A stretch of DNA of 62,369 bases, counting the filler. It is 8 parts of 8 records of this genome, joined end to end, with 100 filler letters (N's around TTAATTAATTAA, not from the genome) between each part and the next. Parts side by side here need not be neighbours in the genome. Positions count along the whole stretch, not along the records: positions 1 to 12,246 come from SRR31156797_19226; 7 more parts are not named here. One strand, written 5' to 3'. Position numbers and translations under genes: made by a program. A model generated the notes under the pieces. It saw only the letters and a list, made by a program, of their open reading frames with translations. It ran no database searches and was not told the DNA's origin. Numbering within the stretch: the stretch's first letter is position 1; the number at the start of each line of letters is the position of its first letter. Shown here piece by piece: positions 1 through 10,287 of the stretch.

Positions 1-74
1 GAATTAATTTCTTAAGTTTACAGTAATGGCTAAACCTGTCCTATGAAAAAACTTTGATAAAGTGAGGTTAAAAA

Positions 75-959
75 ATGAAGTTACACACGAATAAATCATT
101 ATTAATTTTCTGTTTGCCGGCATTAGTATTTTATATGATTTTTATGGTAATTCCTGCAATTAGTGGATTGGGATATAGCTTTACAGACTGGAACGGGCTT
201 TATAAGGATTTTAATTTTGTAGGAATCAGCAACTATATTGAGGCGCTTAAAGATAAAAACTTCCTGAATACCGTTGGTATATCATTTAAATATGTAGTTG
301 CAATGGTTGTTATTCAGAATTTTTTTGGATTGTTAATTGCAGTATTAATTGACAGTAGAAAAAAACAAGGAGCTTGGAGAACAATTATATTTTTACCTAA
401 TATGATTAGTTTAATAACAAGTTCATTTATTTGGTACTTTATTTTCACTAAAGTATTTCCTGAAATTGCCAAAACAACTATATTAAAGTTCTTCAATAAG
501 AGTTGGTTAGGAGATCCGACATTTGCATTTTGGTCAATAGTAATTGTAGCTGTGTGGGCCGGAGTAGGATATACGATGATTATATATCTGGCTGCATTAC
601 AGGGAGTACCAAGCACATATAAAGAAGCAGCAAGAATAGACGGTGCAAATAGTTTTCAAGTATTTTGGTTTGTAGTTTTACCAAGCATAACACATGCGGT
701 AACGATAAATGTGTTCTTAACACTTAATGGTTCTTTTAAGGCATTTGATCATGTATTTGGCTTAACTAGCGGTGGGCCTGGAAGAGCCACTGAATTAATA
801 ACCCTTAATATTTATAATGAAGCATTTTCAAGTAATTTTAGATTTGGATTTGCAAATTCCAAGGCTGTTATATTATTTTTATTAGTTCTAGTTATTACAG
901 TAATTCAATTTAAAGTTATGGGAACCGGAGGCGAAAAAGATGGAAAAAAAGCTAAATAA
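75..959 (+). CDS. Carbohydrate ABC transporter permease (CUT1, MalF/UgpA-like)
   Basis: Multiple TM helices; SFTDWNG..FVGISNY N-terminal motif; EAA loop (YKEAARIDGA); TSGGPG motif; GAGG RBS upstream. Confidence 0.95.
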   Translation: MKLHTNKSLLIFCLPALVFYMIFMVIPAISGLGYSFTDWNGLYKDFNFVGISNYIEALKDKNFLNTVGISFKYVVAMVVIQNFFGLLIAVLIDSRKKQGAWRTIIFLPNMISLITSSFIWYFIFTKVFPEIAKTTILKFFNKSWLGDPTFAFWSIVIVAVWAGVGYTMIIYLAALQGVPSTYKEAARIDGANSFQVFWFVVLPSITHAVTINVFLTLNGSFKAFDHVFGLTSGGPGRATELITLNIYNEAFSSNFRFGFANSKAVILFLLVLVITVIQFKVMGTGGEKDGKKAK

Positions 960-1764
960 AATATTGGGGATTTTTCTTTTAGTGTTATTCTCTCTCTTAA
1001 TACTTTTTCCAATATACGTAATTTTCCTTAACTCATTTAAGAGTAGATCAGAGATGTTGGTATCTATATTGGCATTGCCAAAAGAGTTTACTATAGAGAA
1101 TTATGTCACTACAATTAAGAAGTTAAAGTTTATCCCAAGAATGTTAAACACATTTTTTATTACATTTATTGCAGCATGTGGAATAGTTTTTACAAGTGCA
1201 CTTGCAGGTTATAAATTATCGAGAACGAAAACAAAACTAAGTAAATTTTTATTTATGGCTTTTACTAGTTCAATGCTTATACCATTCCATTCAATTATGA
1301 TATCACTTACTCAGGTTGCCAAAACAGTAGGTGCGAGAGGCTCAAAATTTGGATTGGCACTTATATATGTTGGACTGGGAGTTAATATGGCAGTTTTTCT
1401 TTTTAATGGTTTTGTTAAATCAATCCCAAAAGAGTTGGAAGAAGCGGCAGCAATTGATGGATGTAATGAATTTCAAATATTTTGGTATATAGTTTTTCCT
1501 TTACTGAGACCGATAGCAACAACAGTCGCAATAATAGATATTTTATGGATTTGGAATGATTTCCTATTACCACTATTGATGCTTAATAAAACAAAAGATT
1601 TTACACTGGTAATTGGAATAAATCAATTCTTCGGATTATACAATACTGACTGGACAAACATACTTGCCGGACTGGTTTTAACTTCAATTCCAATTATAAT
1701 ATTCTATATGTTTTTCCAGAAGAATATAGTAAAGGGAATAGCCAGTGGAGCTGTTAAAGGATAA
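940..1764 (+). CDS. Carbohydrate ABC transporter permease (MalG/UgpE-like)
   Basis: EAA loop (ELEEAAAIDGC), WNDFLLP, FFQKNIVKGIASGAVKG C-terminus; overlaps the upstream permease. Confidence 0.95.
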   Translation: MEKKLNKILGIFLLVLFSLLILFPIYVIFLNSFKSRSEMLVSILALPKEFTIENYVTTIKKLKFIPRMLNTFFITFIAACGIVFTSALAGYKLSRTKTKLSKFLFMAFTSSMLIPFHSIMISLTQVAKTVGARGSKFGLALIYVGLGVNMAVFLFNGFVKSIPKELEEAAAIDGCNEFQIFWYIVFPLLRPIATTVAIIDILWIWNDFLLPLLMLNKTKDFTLVIGINQFFGLYNTDWTNILAGLVLTSIPIIIFYMFFQKNIVKGIASGAVKG

Positions 1765-1796
1765 AAAAATTAATAAATAAATCACTAGGAGGAAAC

Positions 1797-3158
1797 ATGA
1801 AGGTTAATGTAATAACATCAGCAAAAGATGTTACAGAGAGAATGATCGAAACAAATGATATAGGATTTAGTGATAACATTAAATCAGGGATTAGTAAAAT
1901 TAAAGTAGAGTCAGAAAAGAAGTGTCAGGAAATCATAGGTTTTGGAGGAGCTTTTACAGAAGCAGGTTCAACTACTTTGGATAAATTATCACCTGAACTT
2001 CGTCAAGAAGCAATAGAGGCTTATTTTCACCCTGAAAAGGGAATAAACTACACTTTTTGTAGAACTCATATAAACAGTTGTGATTTTTCACTTGGGAACT
2101 ACGCATATGTAGATGATACGAATGATACTGAATTAAAAACATTTTCAGTAGAAAGAGACAAAAAATCTTTAATCCCTCTTATTCTGGATTCTTTTCAAAC
2201 CAGTGGAGAAGAGGTCAAACTTTTTGCTTCTCCCTGGTCTCCACCTGCATGGATGAAAACGAATGAAAGAATGAATAATGGAGGGAGCTTAAAAAAGGAG
2301 CATTATGATACATGGGCAAGATACTTTGCAAAATATATAAAAGCATATTCAGAGCTTGGAATCAATATCTGGGGAGTTTCTATTCAGAATGAACCACAGG
2401 CAACGACTCCTTGGGATAACTGTTTATACAGTTCAGAAGAAGAGAGAGATTTCGTCAAAGTATTAGGACCAACTCTTGAAAAAGAAGGTTTTGGAAATAA
2501 GAAAATAATTGTATGGGATCACAATAAAGATATAATGCAGGAAAGAATGGATGTAATGTTTTCTGATGAGGAAGCAGCTAAATGGGTATGGGGAGCAGGA
2601 TTTCATTGGTATGGTCATGATGATGCTATGAATTTAATGGATAATTCAGTGCTTGACTATACATATAAGAAATATAATACTAATCTTGTTTTTACAGAAG
2701 GGTGTAATCCTCTTCATGGTGAAAAACCATTTATTGGTAAATGGTGGACAGGTGAAAAATATGGACTGAATATCATAAATGATCTGAATCACTGGACAAC
2801 AGGTTGGTGTGACTGGAATATGTATCTTGATGAATTAGGTGGGCCAAACCATGTTGGTAATTATTGTGATGCTCCAATAATTGCAGATACAGTTCAAAAT
2901 AAACTACATTATAATTCATCATATTATTATATAGCTCATTTTAGTAAATATATAAAACCGGGAGCTGTTAGGATAGAGCTGGACTTAGACTCAGAAGTAT
3001 TAAAATCAACTGCTGCTATTAATGTAAATGGTGAGATAGTAGTGGTAGTAATGAATGATAGCGAAGAAGACCTTGAATTCCAATTAGAGATAGATGGAAA
3101 ATATGTAGTAACAAATAGTGAGAAGAGATCGATTAAAACTTATGTAATAAACAAATAA
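1797..3158 (+). CDS. Glycoside hydrolase family 30 (glucosylceramidase-like)
   Basis: GFGGAFTE, SCDFS, ASPWSPPAWMKTN, acid/base QNEP, nucleophile FTEG, GGPNH, HFSKYIKPGA; AGGAGG RBS. Confidence 0.93.
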   Translation: MKVNVITSAKDVTERMIETNDIGFSDNIKSGISKIKVESEKKCQEIIGFGGAFTEAGSTTLDKLSPELRQEAIEAYFHPEKGINYTFCRTHINSCDFSLGNYAYVDDTNDTELKTFSVERDKKSLIPLILDSFQTSGEEVKLFASPWSPPAWMKTNERMNNGGSLKKEHYDTWARYFAKYIKAYSELGINIWGVSIQNEPQATTPWDNCLYSSEEERDFVKVLGPTLEKEGFGNKKIIVWDHNKDIMQERMDVMFSDEEAAKWVWGAGFHWYGHDDAMNLMDNSVLDYTYKKYNTNLVFTEGCNPLHGEKPFIGKWWTGEKYGLNIINDLNHWTTGWCDWNMYLDELGGPNHVGNYCDAPIIADTVQNKLHYNSSYYYIAHFSKYIKPGAVRIELDLDSEVLKSTAAINVNGEIVVVVMNDSEEDLEFQLEIDGKYVVTNSEKRSIKTYVINK

Positions 3159-3197
3159 AAAATTAGCTCCTCTTAACATTAGAGGGGCTAATTTTTT
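3157..3197. terminator. Bidirectional intrinsic terminator between convergent GH30 and HxlR genes
   Basis: AAAAATTAGCTCCTCT-TAACATT-AGAGGGGCTAATTTTT stem flanked by A and T tracts. Confidence 0.8.
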
Positions 3198-3203
3198 ATT
3201 TGT

Positions 3204-3581
3204 TTATAATTTACTCCACTCTTCTTCAAGTCCAAAATCGGCTTTTTTGTATAGAGTATTATACTTTACACTCCAGTCTTTTAATTCAATTAAAATAGGG
3301 AGTAATTCCTGTCCAATTGGTTCCAGCGAATATTCAACTTTCGGCGGAACCTGAGGGTAGACTTTTCTCTTAATGATTTTATCAGCTTCCATCTCTCGTA
3401 GTTGTCTGGTTAACATTCTTTCATTTATACTTGGGATAACTTTTTTTAATTCACCGTATCTTACGACACTTTTCACACCTATATAGTATAAAATTATTGG
3501 TTTCCATTTACCACCCATTATATCTATACCCAGTTCAAAATAACAATTATACTCTTTTTTTTGTGCCTTTGTTTTTGGCAT
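3204..3581 (-). CDS. HxlR-family winged-helix transcriptional regulator
   Basis: N-terminal Cys (CYFE), GGKWKPIIL, RYGEL, ERMLTRQLREME, YPQVPPKVEYSL. Confidence 0.93.
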   Translation of the reverse strand: MPKTKAQKKEYNCYFELGIDIMGGKWKPIILYYIGVKSVVRYGELKKVIPSINERMLTRQLREMEADKIIKRKVYPQVPPKVEYSLEPIGQELLPILIELKDWSVKYNTLYKKADFGLEEEWSKL

Positions 3582-3619
3582 GTTACCACCTCCTGTTTAG
3601 AATTTGATATTATAGTTAT

Positions 3620-4243
3620 TTAGAAAAACTTAGTAAACTCAGAAACAGCTTTTCTATAACCTCTTACTTTATAACTACTGTCATCCATTTTTCCCATTGT
3701 GATCATCAGAGTAGGTTCTTCATTTTCTGGAATATTAAGTATTCTTTTCATTTTAGCCTTATCAAAATAGATCATAGGACATGTATCCCATCCTTTGTTT
3801 TTGGCAAGTAGCATAAATTGCATAGCAGACAGAGATGCATTCCTTATAGCTTCTTCATGTAGAAAATCCGGACCTGCCCATCTATTATGAAAATCGTCAA
3901 TCATATTAAGTAGAAAATCATACTCTGTACTATCGATCATTCCCAGCATTTTAGAACCTTCATAAATTTTTTCAGCTGATTTATATGCATCTTTATCTCC
4001 TGTAATTATTACTACAGCTGATGCAGTTTTGATTTTATACTGCTCGTATGATGCATCAAATATCAGGTCTTTTATATCTTTGTCCTCAACTATATAGTAA
4101 TGTGCATGTTGTAAATTAAATGATGATGGTGCCAATGGCAGGTCTCTCATTATCTCATTAAAATCTTCTCTTGGTATTTTTACATCTTCTACAAACTTGT
4201 TTGGTGATCTTCTCTCTCTTACTACATTTAAAAATTCACTCAT
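3620..4243 (-). CDS. Nitroreductase family protein (YodC/YdgI-like)
   Basis: RERRS, APSSFNLQ, GWDTCPM motifs; start moved to the ATG at 4243 (MSEFL), which follows a GGAGG RBS. Confidence 0.9.
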   Translation of the reverse strand: MSEFLNVVRERRSPNKFVEDVKIPREDFNEIMRDLPLAPSSFNLQHAHYYIVEDKDIKDLIFDASYEQYKIKTASAVVIITGDKDAYKSAEKIYEGSKMLGMIDSTEYDFLLNMIDDFHNRWAGPDFLHEEAIRNASLSAMQFMLLAKNKGWDTCPMIYFDKAKMKRILNIPENEEPTLMITMGKMDDSSYKVRGYRKAVSEFTKFF

Positions 4244-4548
4244 TTTATAACCTCCATTACTTATTGCTATTACAGTTCGAAAAAACCGTAATGCAATATA
4301 TCTTCTCTTGCTGCAAATATTACCATTAATGTTCAAAATATACAAGTACGGTCATTATTGTCATATACTTACCAAAAGGAGAGTAACATTAATTTTAAAG
4401 GAATAATTGAGGGATAAAAAATATTATATAAATTTTAGAAATTAAATATTGTTATAGTTATAAAAATGTAAAACTGACAATAACATCTTAATAGGTGGTA
4501 AAATTAAAAATAATAATAGTTTTAGTGCAAAAATAACTTGTTTTTTAA

Positions 4549-4578
4549 TTGACTGGTGAATTAAAACTATTGTATAAT
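4549..4578 (+). promoter_or_regulatory. Sigma70-type promoter of the solute-binding protein gene
   Basis: TTGACT-N18-TATAAT about 45 nt upstream of ATG 4624. Confidence 0.5.
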
Positions 4579-4623
4579 GTTTGAATAGAAAGTTGAATAA
4601 GGGATAATAAAGGATGTAAAGGA

Positions 4624-5358
4624 ATGAAGAGAATATTATTTGTTTTACAATTAGTAATTTGTTTTACGGTTTACTCTAATAATGAAGAGCCTCTGCAAAT
4701 CTTAACACAAGATTGGCCACCATATAACTATTATGAAAATGGAAAAATTAAAGGCTTTTCAACAGAGGTAGTTAGGTATATTATGAATGATCTAAGTATT
4801 AAATCCAAAATACGACTTTTGTCAGATGCCCGAGCAGTTCAACAGGCAATGGTAAATAGTAATATGATCTATTTTACTATGTTTAGAACTCCCGAGAGAG
4901 AGAAAAACTATAAATGGATAGGACCAATAAGTAATGAAAAATTATATTTTTATAAGAAAAAAGGTAGCTCATTAAAGATTAATTCATTAGAAGATGCCAA
5001 AGTAGTAAAAAGAGTTTCAGTTAGAAATCAGGGATTAGTATATGCTCATCTAAAGAAAAACGGTTTTGATAATTTAGATACGTCGCATAATAATGAAAGC
5101 TTATATTTAAAAATTTTAAATGGTAGAGATGATTTAGTAATTGGAGAACCGGAGCTAGGTGTGAGATATTTGTTGAACAAACTAAAGTACTCTTATGATT
5201 CATTAGAAAGAACAGATGTTAGTTTGCTTCAATTTGACTTATATATAGCCGCAAGTTTTGAAGTCCCGGATGAAGAGATAGCCAGATGGCAAAACTCACT
5301 TGATAAAATGAAGGCTTCCGGAGAGTATGACAAATTATATCAATTATATATGAGATAG
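4624..5358 (+). CDS. Extracytoplasmic solute-binding protein, family 3 (PBP2)
   Basis: Signal peptide; TQDWPPYNY, GFSTEVV, RTPEREKNYKWIGP, MKASGEYDKL motifs. Confidence 0.88.
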   Translation: MKRILFVLQLVICFTVYSNNEEPLQILTQDWPPYNYYENGKIKGFSTEVVRYIMNDLSIKSKIRLLSDARAVQQAMVNSNMIYFTMFRTPEREKNYKWIGPISNEKLYFYKKKGSSLKINSLEDAKVVKRVSVRNQGLVYAHLKKNGFDNLDTSHNNESLYLKILNGRDDLVIGEPELGVRYLLNKLKYSYDSLERTDVSLLQFDLYIAASFEVPDEEIARWQNSLDKMKASGEYDKLYQLYMR

Positions 5359-5361
5359 ATC

Positions 5362-5396
5362 AAAAGAGATTGCAAATTCATGCAATCTCTTCTCTT
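5362..5396. terminator. Intrinsic terminator between convergent genes
   Basis: AAGAGATTGCA-AATTCA-TGCAATCTCTT, 11-bp stem. Confidence 0.7.
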
Positions 5397-5423
5397 AATT
5401 ATTAAAGATTTAGTTTTAAATAT

Positions 5424-7694
5424 CTATTTTTTGGTTTTAAAGAAATCCAAATCATTTTCCAGATTATCAGCCATTTCAGCAAGTGATTTAACAGATTCCA
5501 GACTTTTGATAAGTAACTGAACTATTTTTTGTGAGCTTTCATAAGTTTTCATTGAGAATGATTCTATTTCAGTAGAGCTCTCAGTGATATTTCCTATTGA
5601 TTTGGTTATCTCATCAGTAGCTAGACTTTGCTCTTTAACAGATGAACTTACTTCTTCTATTTCACTACTGTTTTTATTAGTAATATTAATTATTTTTTGA
5701 ATAGTATCTTTTTCTTGTTCTGTAAGATCAAATTCTGAATTTACATTTTGCTCAACTTTATTATTAGCCAGTTTTACAATTTTTATTTCAGCTTGAATAT
5801 TTTTAATGATTTGATCTATTTTTTCTGTTTCACCGTTAGTTTTTTCAGCTAACTTACGTACTTCATCAGCTACTACTGCGAATCCCCTACCTGCTTCACC
5901 GGCTCTTGCTGACTCGATCGCTGCATTTAATGCAAGCATATTTGTCTGTTCAGCCAAGTCATTGATGGCTGTAACTATGTTACCGATGCTTTCGGAGAGT
6001 TTGATTAAACCGTCAATTTGACTTTCAGTATCAATAACACTATGGTTAATGTCATGCATACCTTTAACCATCTCTTCGATTTGTTTAAATCCTTGATGAG
6101 CACTATCTACTGCATTTGCAGAAGAGTTTAGAGTTGATTGGATATTAGTTACAATATTTGTACTAGTTGCTGCAATCTCTTCAAGGGCTGCAAATGACTC
6201 CTCTCCCGATGCAACCTGCTCACGTACATTATCAAGTATATTTCCAATATACTTTTCAAGTTGTTTGATACCAACTGATAAACTTTCCTCCATATTATCA
6301 TCAATATGTTTCTGATCACCATGAACTATATTATCCATAACTTTAGCCAGATACTTATTGTCATCTATGACAATTTTAGACAAATCTTTTACTTTGCTCA
6401 TAGTTTCATTTAATTTATCAAGCAACCCGTTAAACTCTCTTGATAATATTCCCAGCTCATCTTTTGAGTTATGATACAAACGTTCTGTAAGGTTACCTTC
6501 TGCTACTTTTTTCATTTGTTTCACTATTTTTTTTATTGGATTGACAATTATTATTAGTGTAAATAGTTGCATAATTATCCAGCTGAGAATTAATAAGATA
6601 ATAGAGGTAACACTGCTTTTGATAATATTTTGTTTTATTTGAGCATTCATTACTTCACGTTTAGTGTTTATCTCCTCGTAGATATCATCAATATAAAATC
6701 CAGTACCAATTATCCATCTCCATTCTTTGAAATATTTTACATAGCTTAATTTTGGCTGATCTTCATCTTTACCCGGTTTAGGCCATAGGTATTCAACGAA
6801 ACCATCACCGTCTTTTTTACTGACTTCTACAAAGGCTTTGAAGAAGTTTTTGGTATCTCCAGTTGCAACTTCATATTTAGAGTTATCAAGCACTTGATTA
6901 TTAAGTGTTGGTGATATTGGATGCATTATCATTTTAGGATATGGTTCACCATCATCGTTTATCCAGAAATAACCTGTACCATCATCATACCTTAGAGCTT
7001 TGATTACTTCCATTGCATTTTGTTTAACTTCAGCCTCGATATCTTCTATATAAGCACCACAACCAATTACCCAATTAAACCTTCTATTTAGTTTAGCATA
7101 ACTAAGCTTAGGTTGATGTTTGTCAAATCCCGGCTTAGGCCATAGATATCTTACAAACACAGTATCATTTGCAATAGAACCATCTGTCATATCTCTTACA
7201 AAAAACACATCATTTTCATCTTTTAAGTTTGTTAAGTCTCTACCTTCCAGTTGTGGACTGATAGGGTGTGCCAGCATAACATTATCAGTATCATGTATCC
7301 ATACATAACCTGCGGCGCCGTATTTCATTCCTTTTACTCCATTTAAAATTTCTGCCTTTAACTCTTCCTCACTCTTGATATCCTTATACTTATCATAGTA
7401 TGTTTCTATAAAGTTGTAAGCAATATCAACTGCTATCTCTAACTTGTATTTCACTTCCTCTTCGATTTTTTCCGGATCGAGCAACTGATTTCTTATAGAG
7501 TCAACTGATGCATATGCTGAATCCGTCAGTGCTTTCAGTTTTCTTTTTGCAAGTATAATTCGTTGCTCCTCGAAATTTTTAATCTCTTTCTCTCCCAATA
7601 AGCGAATATCACGAATTGTGCTGAAGAGATTAATCGAAGTGAAGATAACTAATATGCCTGCAACTATGATCATTAGCTTAGTTCGTATCTTCAT
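5424..7694 (-). CDS. Methyl-accepting chemotaxis protein with duplicated Cache sensor domains
   Basis: Two TM segments; two repeats GY.WI...HPISP.L...Y.WPKPG...QPKLSY; HAMP (DELG); [35 protein letters not shown]; start set at ATG 7694 after GGGAGG. Confidence 0.95.
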   Translation of the reverse strand: MKIRTKLMIIVAGILVIFTSINLFSTIRDIRLLGEKEIKNFEEQRIILAKRKLKALTDSAYASVDSIRNQLLDPEKIEEEVKYKLEIAVDIAYNFIETYYDKYKDIKSEEELKAEILNGVKGMKYGAAGYVWIHDTDNVMLAHPISPQLEGRDLTNLKDENDVFFVRDMTDGSIANDTVFVRYLWPKPGFDKHQPKLSYAKLNRRFNWVIGCGAYIEDIEAEVKQNAMEVIKALRYDDGTGYFWINDDGEPYPKMIMHPISPTLNNQVLDNSKYEVATGDTKNFFKAFVEVSKKDGDGFVEYLWPKPGKDEDQPKLSYVKYFKEWRWIIGTGFYIDDIYEEINTKREVMNAQIKQNIIKSSVTSIILLILSWIIMQLFTLIIIVNPIKKIVKQMKKVAEGNLTERLYHNSKDELGILSREFNGLLDKLNETMSKVKDLSKIVIDDNKYLAKVMDNIVHGDQKHIDDNMEESLSVGIKQLEKYIGNILDNVREQVASGEESFAALEEIAATSTNIVTNIQSTLNSSANAVDSAHQGFKQIEEMVKGMHDINHSVIDTESQIDGLIKLSESIGNIVTAINDLAEQTNMLALNAAIESARAGEAGRGFAVVADEVRKLAEKTNGETEKIDQIIKNIQAEIKIVKLANNKVEQNVNSEFDLTEQEKDTIQKIINITNKNSSEIEEVSSSVKEQSLATDEITKSIGNITESSTEIESFSMKTYESSQKIVQLLIKSLESVKSLAEMADNLENDLDFFKTKK

Positions 7695-7898
7695 TTGACT
7701 CCCTCCCATTGTTTCATAAATCAAAGCACTTTAGCCTTGTTCAGAAAAAAATATCTTTTATTGTTTTCCGAGTTAATATGCATATGAAGTAAATTTTTTA
7801 GTATATTTTACTATCTCTATCTACTAAAATTATATGCTATTTAATATTAAATAACATGTTTATTTTAATAAGAACTAAAAAAAACATAAAATTTTATA

Positions 7899-7927
7899 TT
7901 GCAAATTTTTTCAAACTAAGTTACAAT
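7899..7927 (+). promoter_or_regulatory. Sigma70-type promoter candidate
   Basis: TTGCAA-N17-TACAAT. Confidence 0.4.
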
Positions 7928-8268
7928 AACGACGTAAATTATCAAAAAAATAAAGAAAATATTCGTTATTGTCGAAATGGATAGGATTGGTAATAAAAAA
8001 ATATTTTTACTCCTAGGCTTTATTAATCAATAATTCTTTCCTTAAAGTGAGTATGAGCTAAAAAAAACCGTACTTGTTGAAAATGCATGATTGTTGTATT
8101 ATTACCACATAGTCGAATGATTGAAAGTAATGAATTAGAATCTTCGGAAATGAAACTTTACTACTATTTGGCCAAATAGTTTCAAAAGATTCAAATGTAA
8201 TAATAATGGAAAAGCGTGTGATAAAGGAATTTATTATTTTTAGTATTAAAAAACAGGGAGTGAAATAA

Positions 8269-9117
8269 ATGAAAAAATTATTAACTATGATAACAATAGC
8301 GATAAGTATGTTTGCATTAGTTGCATGTGGAAATTCAGAAGTAGCAGAGACAGAAATTGCTGAAACTGTGGAAGTAGTAGAAGTAACAGAAGTCGAAGAT
8401 AGAACTGATGATGTCATCTGGACAGTACAAGCCAAAATAACAGATAGGAAAAAATTCTATTCAGTAATGAAAGATTTAATTGGAGCATCATCAAATGAAG
8501 CTGGAACAATCGGTTATGAGTGGACAATAGCAGATGATAACGAAACTGTACATGTGTATGAGAGATATGCTAATAGTGACGAAGCAATCAAACATGTAAC
8601 AACTACTTGGGCAGCTAACGGAGGAAGATTCAGCTCAGCAGTTGAATTCCAAGGGTTTGCTGTATTCAATACTTTAGAACCAAGATTAGCGGAAATGGTA
8701 GCGGGCTTACAGCCACTATATATGACACCATTTGCAGGATTTTCTAAACCTAGAGGAAATGCTCCGATGAATGATGATATAGTATGGGCTGTAGCAGCTA
8801 AAATTACTGACAAAGATAAATTTGAGATAGTAAAAAATGATCTAATTGCAGCATCACAAGCAGAAGCTGGAACTGTAGATTATTGGTGGACAATAGCAGA
8901 AGATGGAGAAACTATCCATGTATATGAGAGATATGAAAATGCTGATGAAGCAATTAAACATGTAACAACTACATGGGCGGCAAACTCGGCAAATTTTGTA
9001 GCAGCAACTGAGTTCTTAGGATTTGAAGTCTATAGTGATTTAAGTCCGGAATTAGCAGAAATGGTAGCAGGACTACAACCTGTTAACTATACACCATTTG
9101 GTGGTTTTGCTAAATAA
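8269..9117 (+). CDS. Lipoprotein with two tandem ABM (antibiotic-biosynthesis/quinol monooxygenase-like) domains
   Basis: Lipobox LVAC at residues 17-20; acidic linker; two ~115-aa repeats with E.GT..Y.W, HVYERY and AIKH. Confidence 0.8.
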   Translation: MKKLLTMITIAISMFALVACGNSEVAETEIAETVEVVEVTEVEDRTDDVIWTVQAKITDRKKFYSVMKDLIGASSNEAGTIGYEWTIADDNETVHVYERYANSDEAIKHVTTTWAANGGRFSSAVEFQGFAVFNTLEPRLAEMVAGLQPLYMTPFAGFSKPRGNAPMNDDIVWAVAAKITDKDKFEIVKNDLIAASQAEAGTVDYWWTIAEDGETIHVYERYENADEAIKHVTTTWAANSANFVAATEFLGFEVYSDLSPELAEMVAGLQPVNYTPFGGFAK

Positions 9118-9134
9118 TTAAAATTGATAATTGT

Positions 9135-9164
9135 GAGCTGAGTGATTGATTTACTCAGCTCTTT
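9135..9164 (+). terminator. Intrinsic terminator or stabilising hairpin after the ABM lipoprotein gene
   Basis: GAGCTGAGT-N9-ACTCAGCTC followed by TTT. Confidence 0.65.
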
Positions 9165-9239
9165 ATAAAATATGATAGTAAAAAATATATTTTGATTTTT
9201 GTAAGCTGAAAGCTTTATATATAAATTAGGAGGTTAATT

Positions 9240-9623
9240 ATGAGTATAGAAGAAATTAGAGAAGTAGTAACGGATTTTTTTAAGAAATTTCAAGCGGGAG
9301 ATTCAGCAGGAGCATTAACTTATTTAAACAATGATGCAGTATGGATGCAGATGGGAAATGTTATGGGGAAAATGAACAAAGAGCAAGTAGGTGGATTAAT
9401 TGGATTTATTAATTTGAGTTTTCCTAATCAGCTAAAACTAACAACCACTGACTGGACAATTCAAGGTAATAGAGCAGCAGTAGAGGTGGAATCATACGGT
9501 GTGAAAAATGATGGTAAAATCTATAATAATGTTTATCATTTTTTATTTCAATTCAAGGGTGAAAAGATAGTTGTAATTAAAGAGTATATGGATACACTTC
9601 ATGTAGCTCAAACTTTTAGTTAG
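9240..9623 (+). CDS. SnoaL/NTF2-like (ketosteroid isomerase-related) protein
   Basis: [31 protein letters not shown]-terminal signature; AGGAGG RBS. Confidence 0.88.
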   Translation: MSIEEIREVVTDFFKKFQAGDSAGALTYLNNDAVWMQMGNVMGKMNKEQVGGLIGFINLSFPNQLKLTTTDWTIQGNRAAVEVESYGVKNDGKIYNNVYHFLFQFKGEKIVVIKEYMDTLHVAQTFS

Positions 9624-9675
9624 ATTTGTTAGTTCACTGCAACTAGATTATAATATTTTAAATTGGGGAGTAAAA

Positions 9676-10287
9676 ATGAAAAAGGTACTTATAAATCTGG
9701 CACATCCGGCCAGATCAAAATCAAAAATCAATAGTGCTCTAAGAGCAGCGGTTCAGGATTTAGAGGGAGTTACAATTAATGATCTCTATGCGACATATCC
9801 GGATTTTTTCATTGATGTAAAAAGAGAGCAAAAATTATGCGAAGAACATGATGTAATTATTTTTCAGCATCCTTTTTACTGGTATTCGGCACCTGCAATT
9901 GTTCAGGAGTGGTTTGATCTGGTACTTGAGCATGGCTGGGCTTATGGATCAAAAGCAACTGGTTTACAGGGTAAAATATTCATGCAGGCGATTTCTGCAG
10001 GTGGAGATGATAGTACCTATACTCGTGAAGGTTTTAATTACTTCACTATTTCAGAATTAACATCACCTGTGAGAGCAACAGCCAAACTATGTAAAATGGA
10101 GTGGTTGCCACCATTTACTGTACTCGGTATTCACAGAGGACTCCCAACAGATCAGGTGATGATTCATGCAGCTAATTTTAGAAGGACAATTATTGCACTT
10201 AGAGATGGGACAATTAATATGCAGCAGGCTAAAGAGAGTCAGTATATAAATAGTGATTTGGATTCGATAATAGGAGGTGCATTATAA
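9676..10287 (+). CDS. KefG/KefF-like NAD(P)H:quinone oxidoreductase (flavodoxin_2), Kef ancillary protein
   Basis: [35 protein letters not shown] overlap with the Kef channel gene. Confidence 0.92.
   Translation: MKKVLINLAHPARSKSKINSALRAAVQDLEGVTINDLYATYPDFFIDVKREQKLCEEHDVIIFQHPFYWYSAPAIVQEWFDLVLEHGWAYGSKATGLQGKIFMQAISAGGDDSTYTREGFNYFTISELTSPVRATAKLCKMEWLPPFTVLGIHRGLPTDQVMIHAANFRRTIIALRDGTINMQQAKESQYINSDLDSIIGGAL

Noticed and set aside
8058-8435. 125-aa minus-strand ORF
   Set aside because: Antisense to the lipoprotein start and leader, with no coding signature
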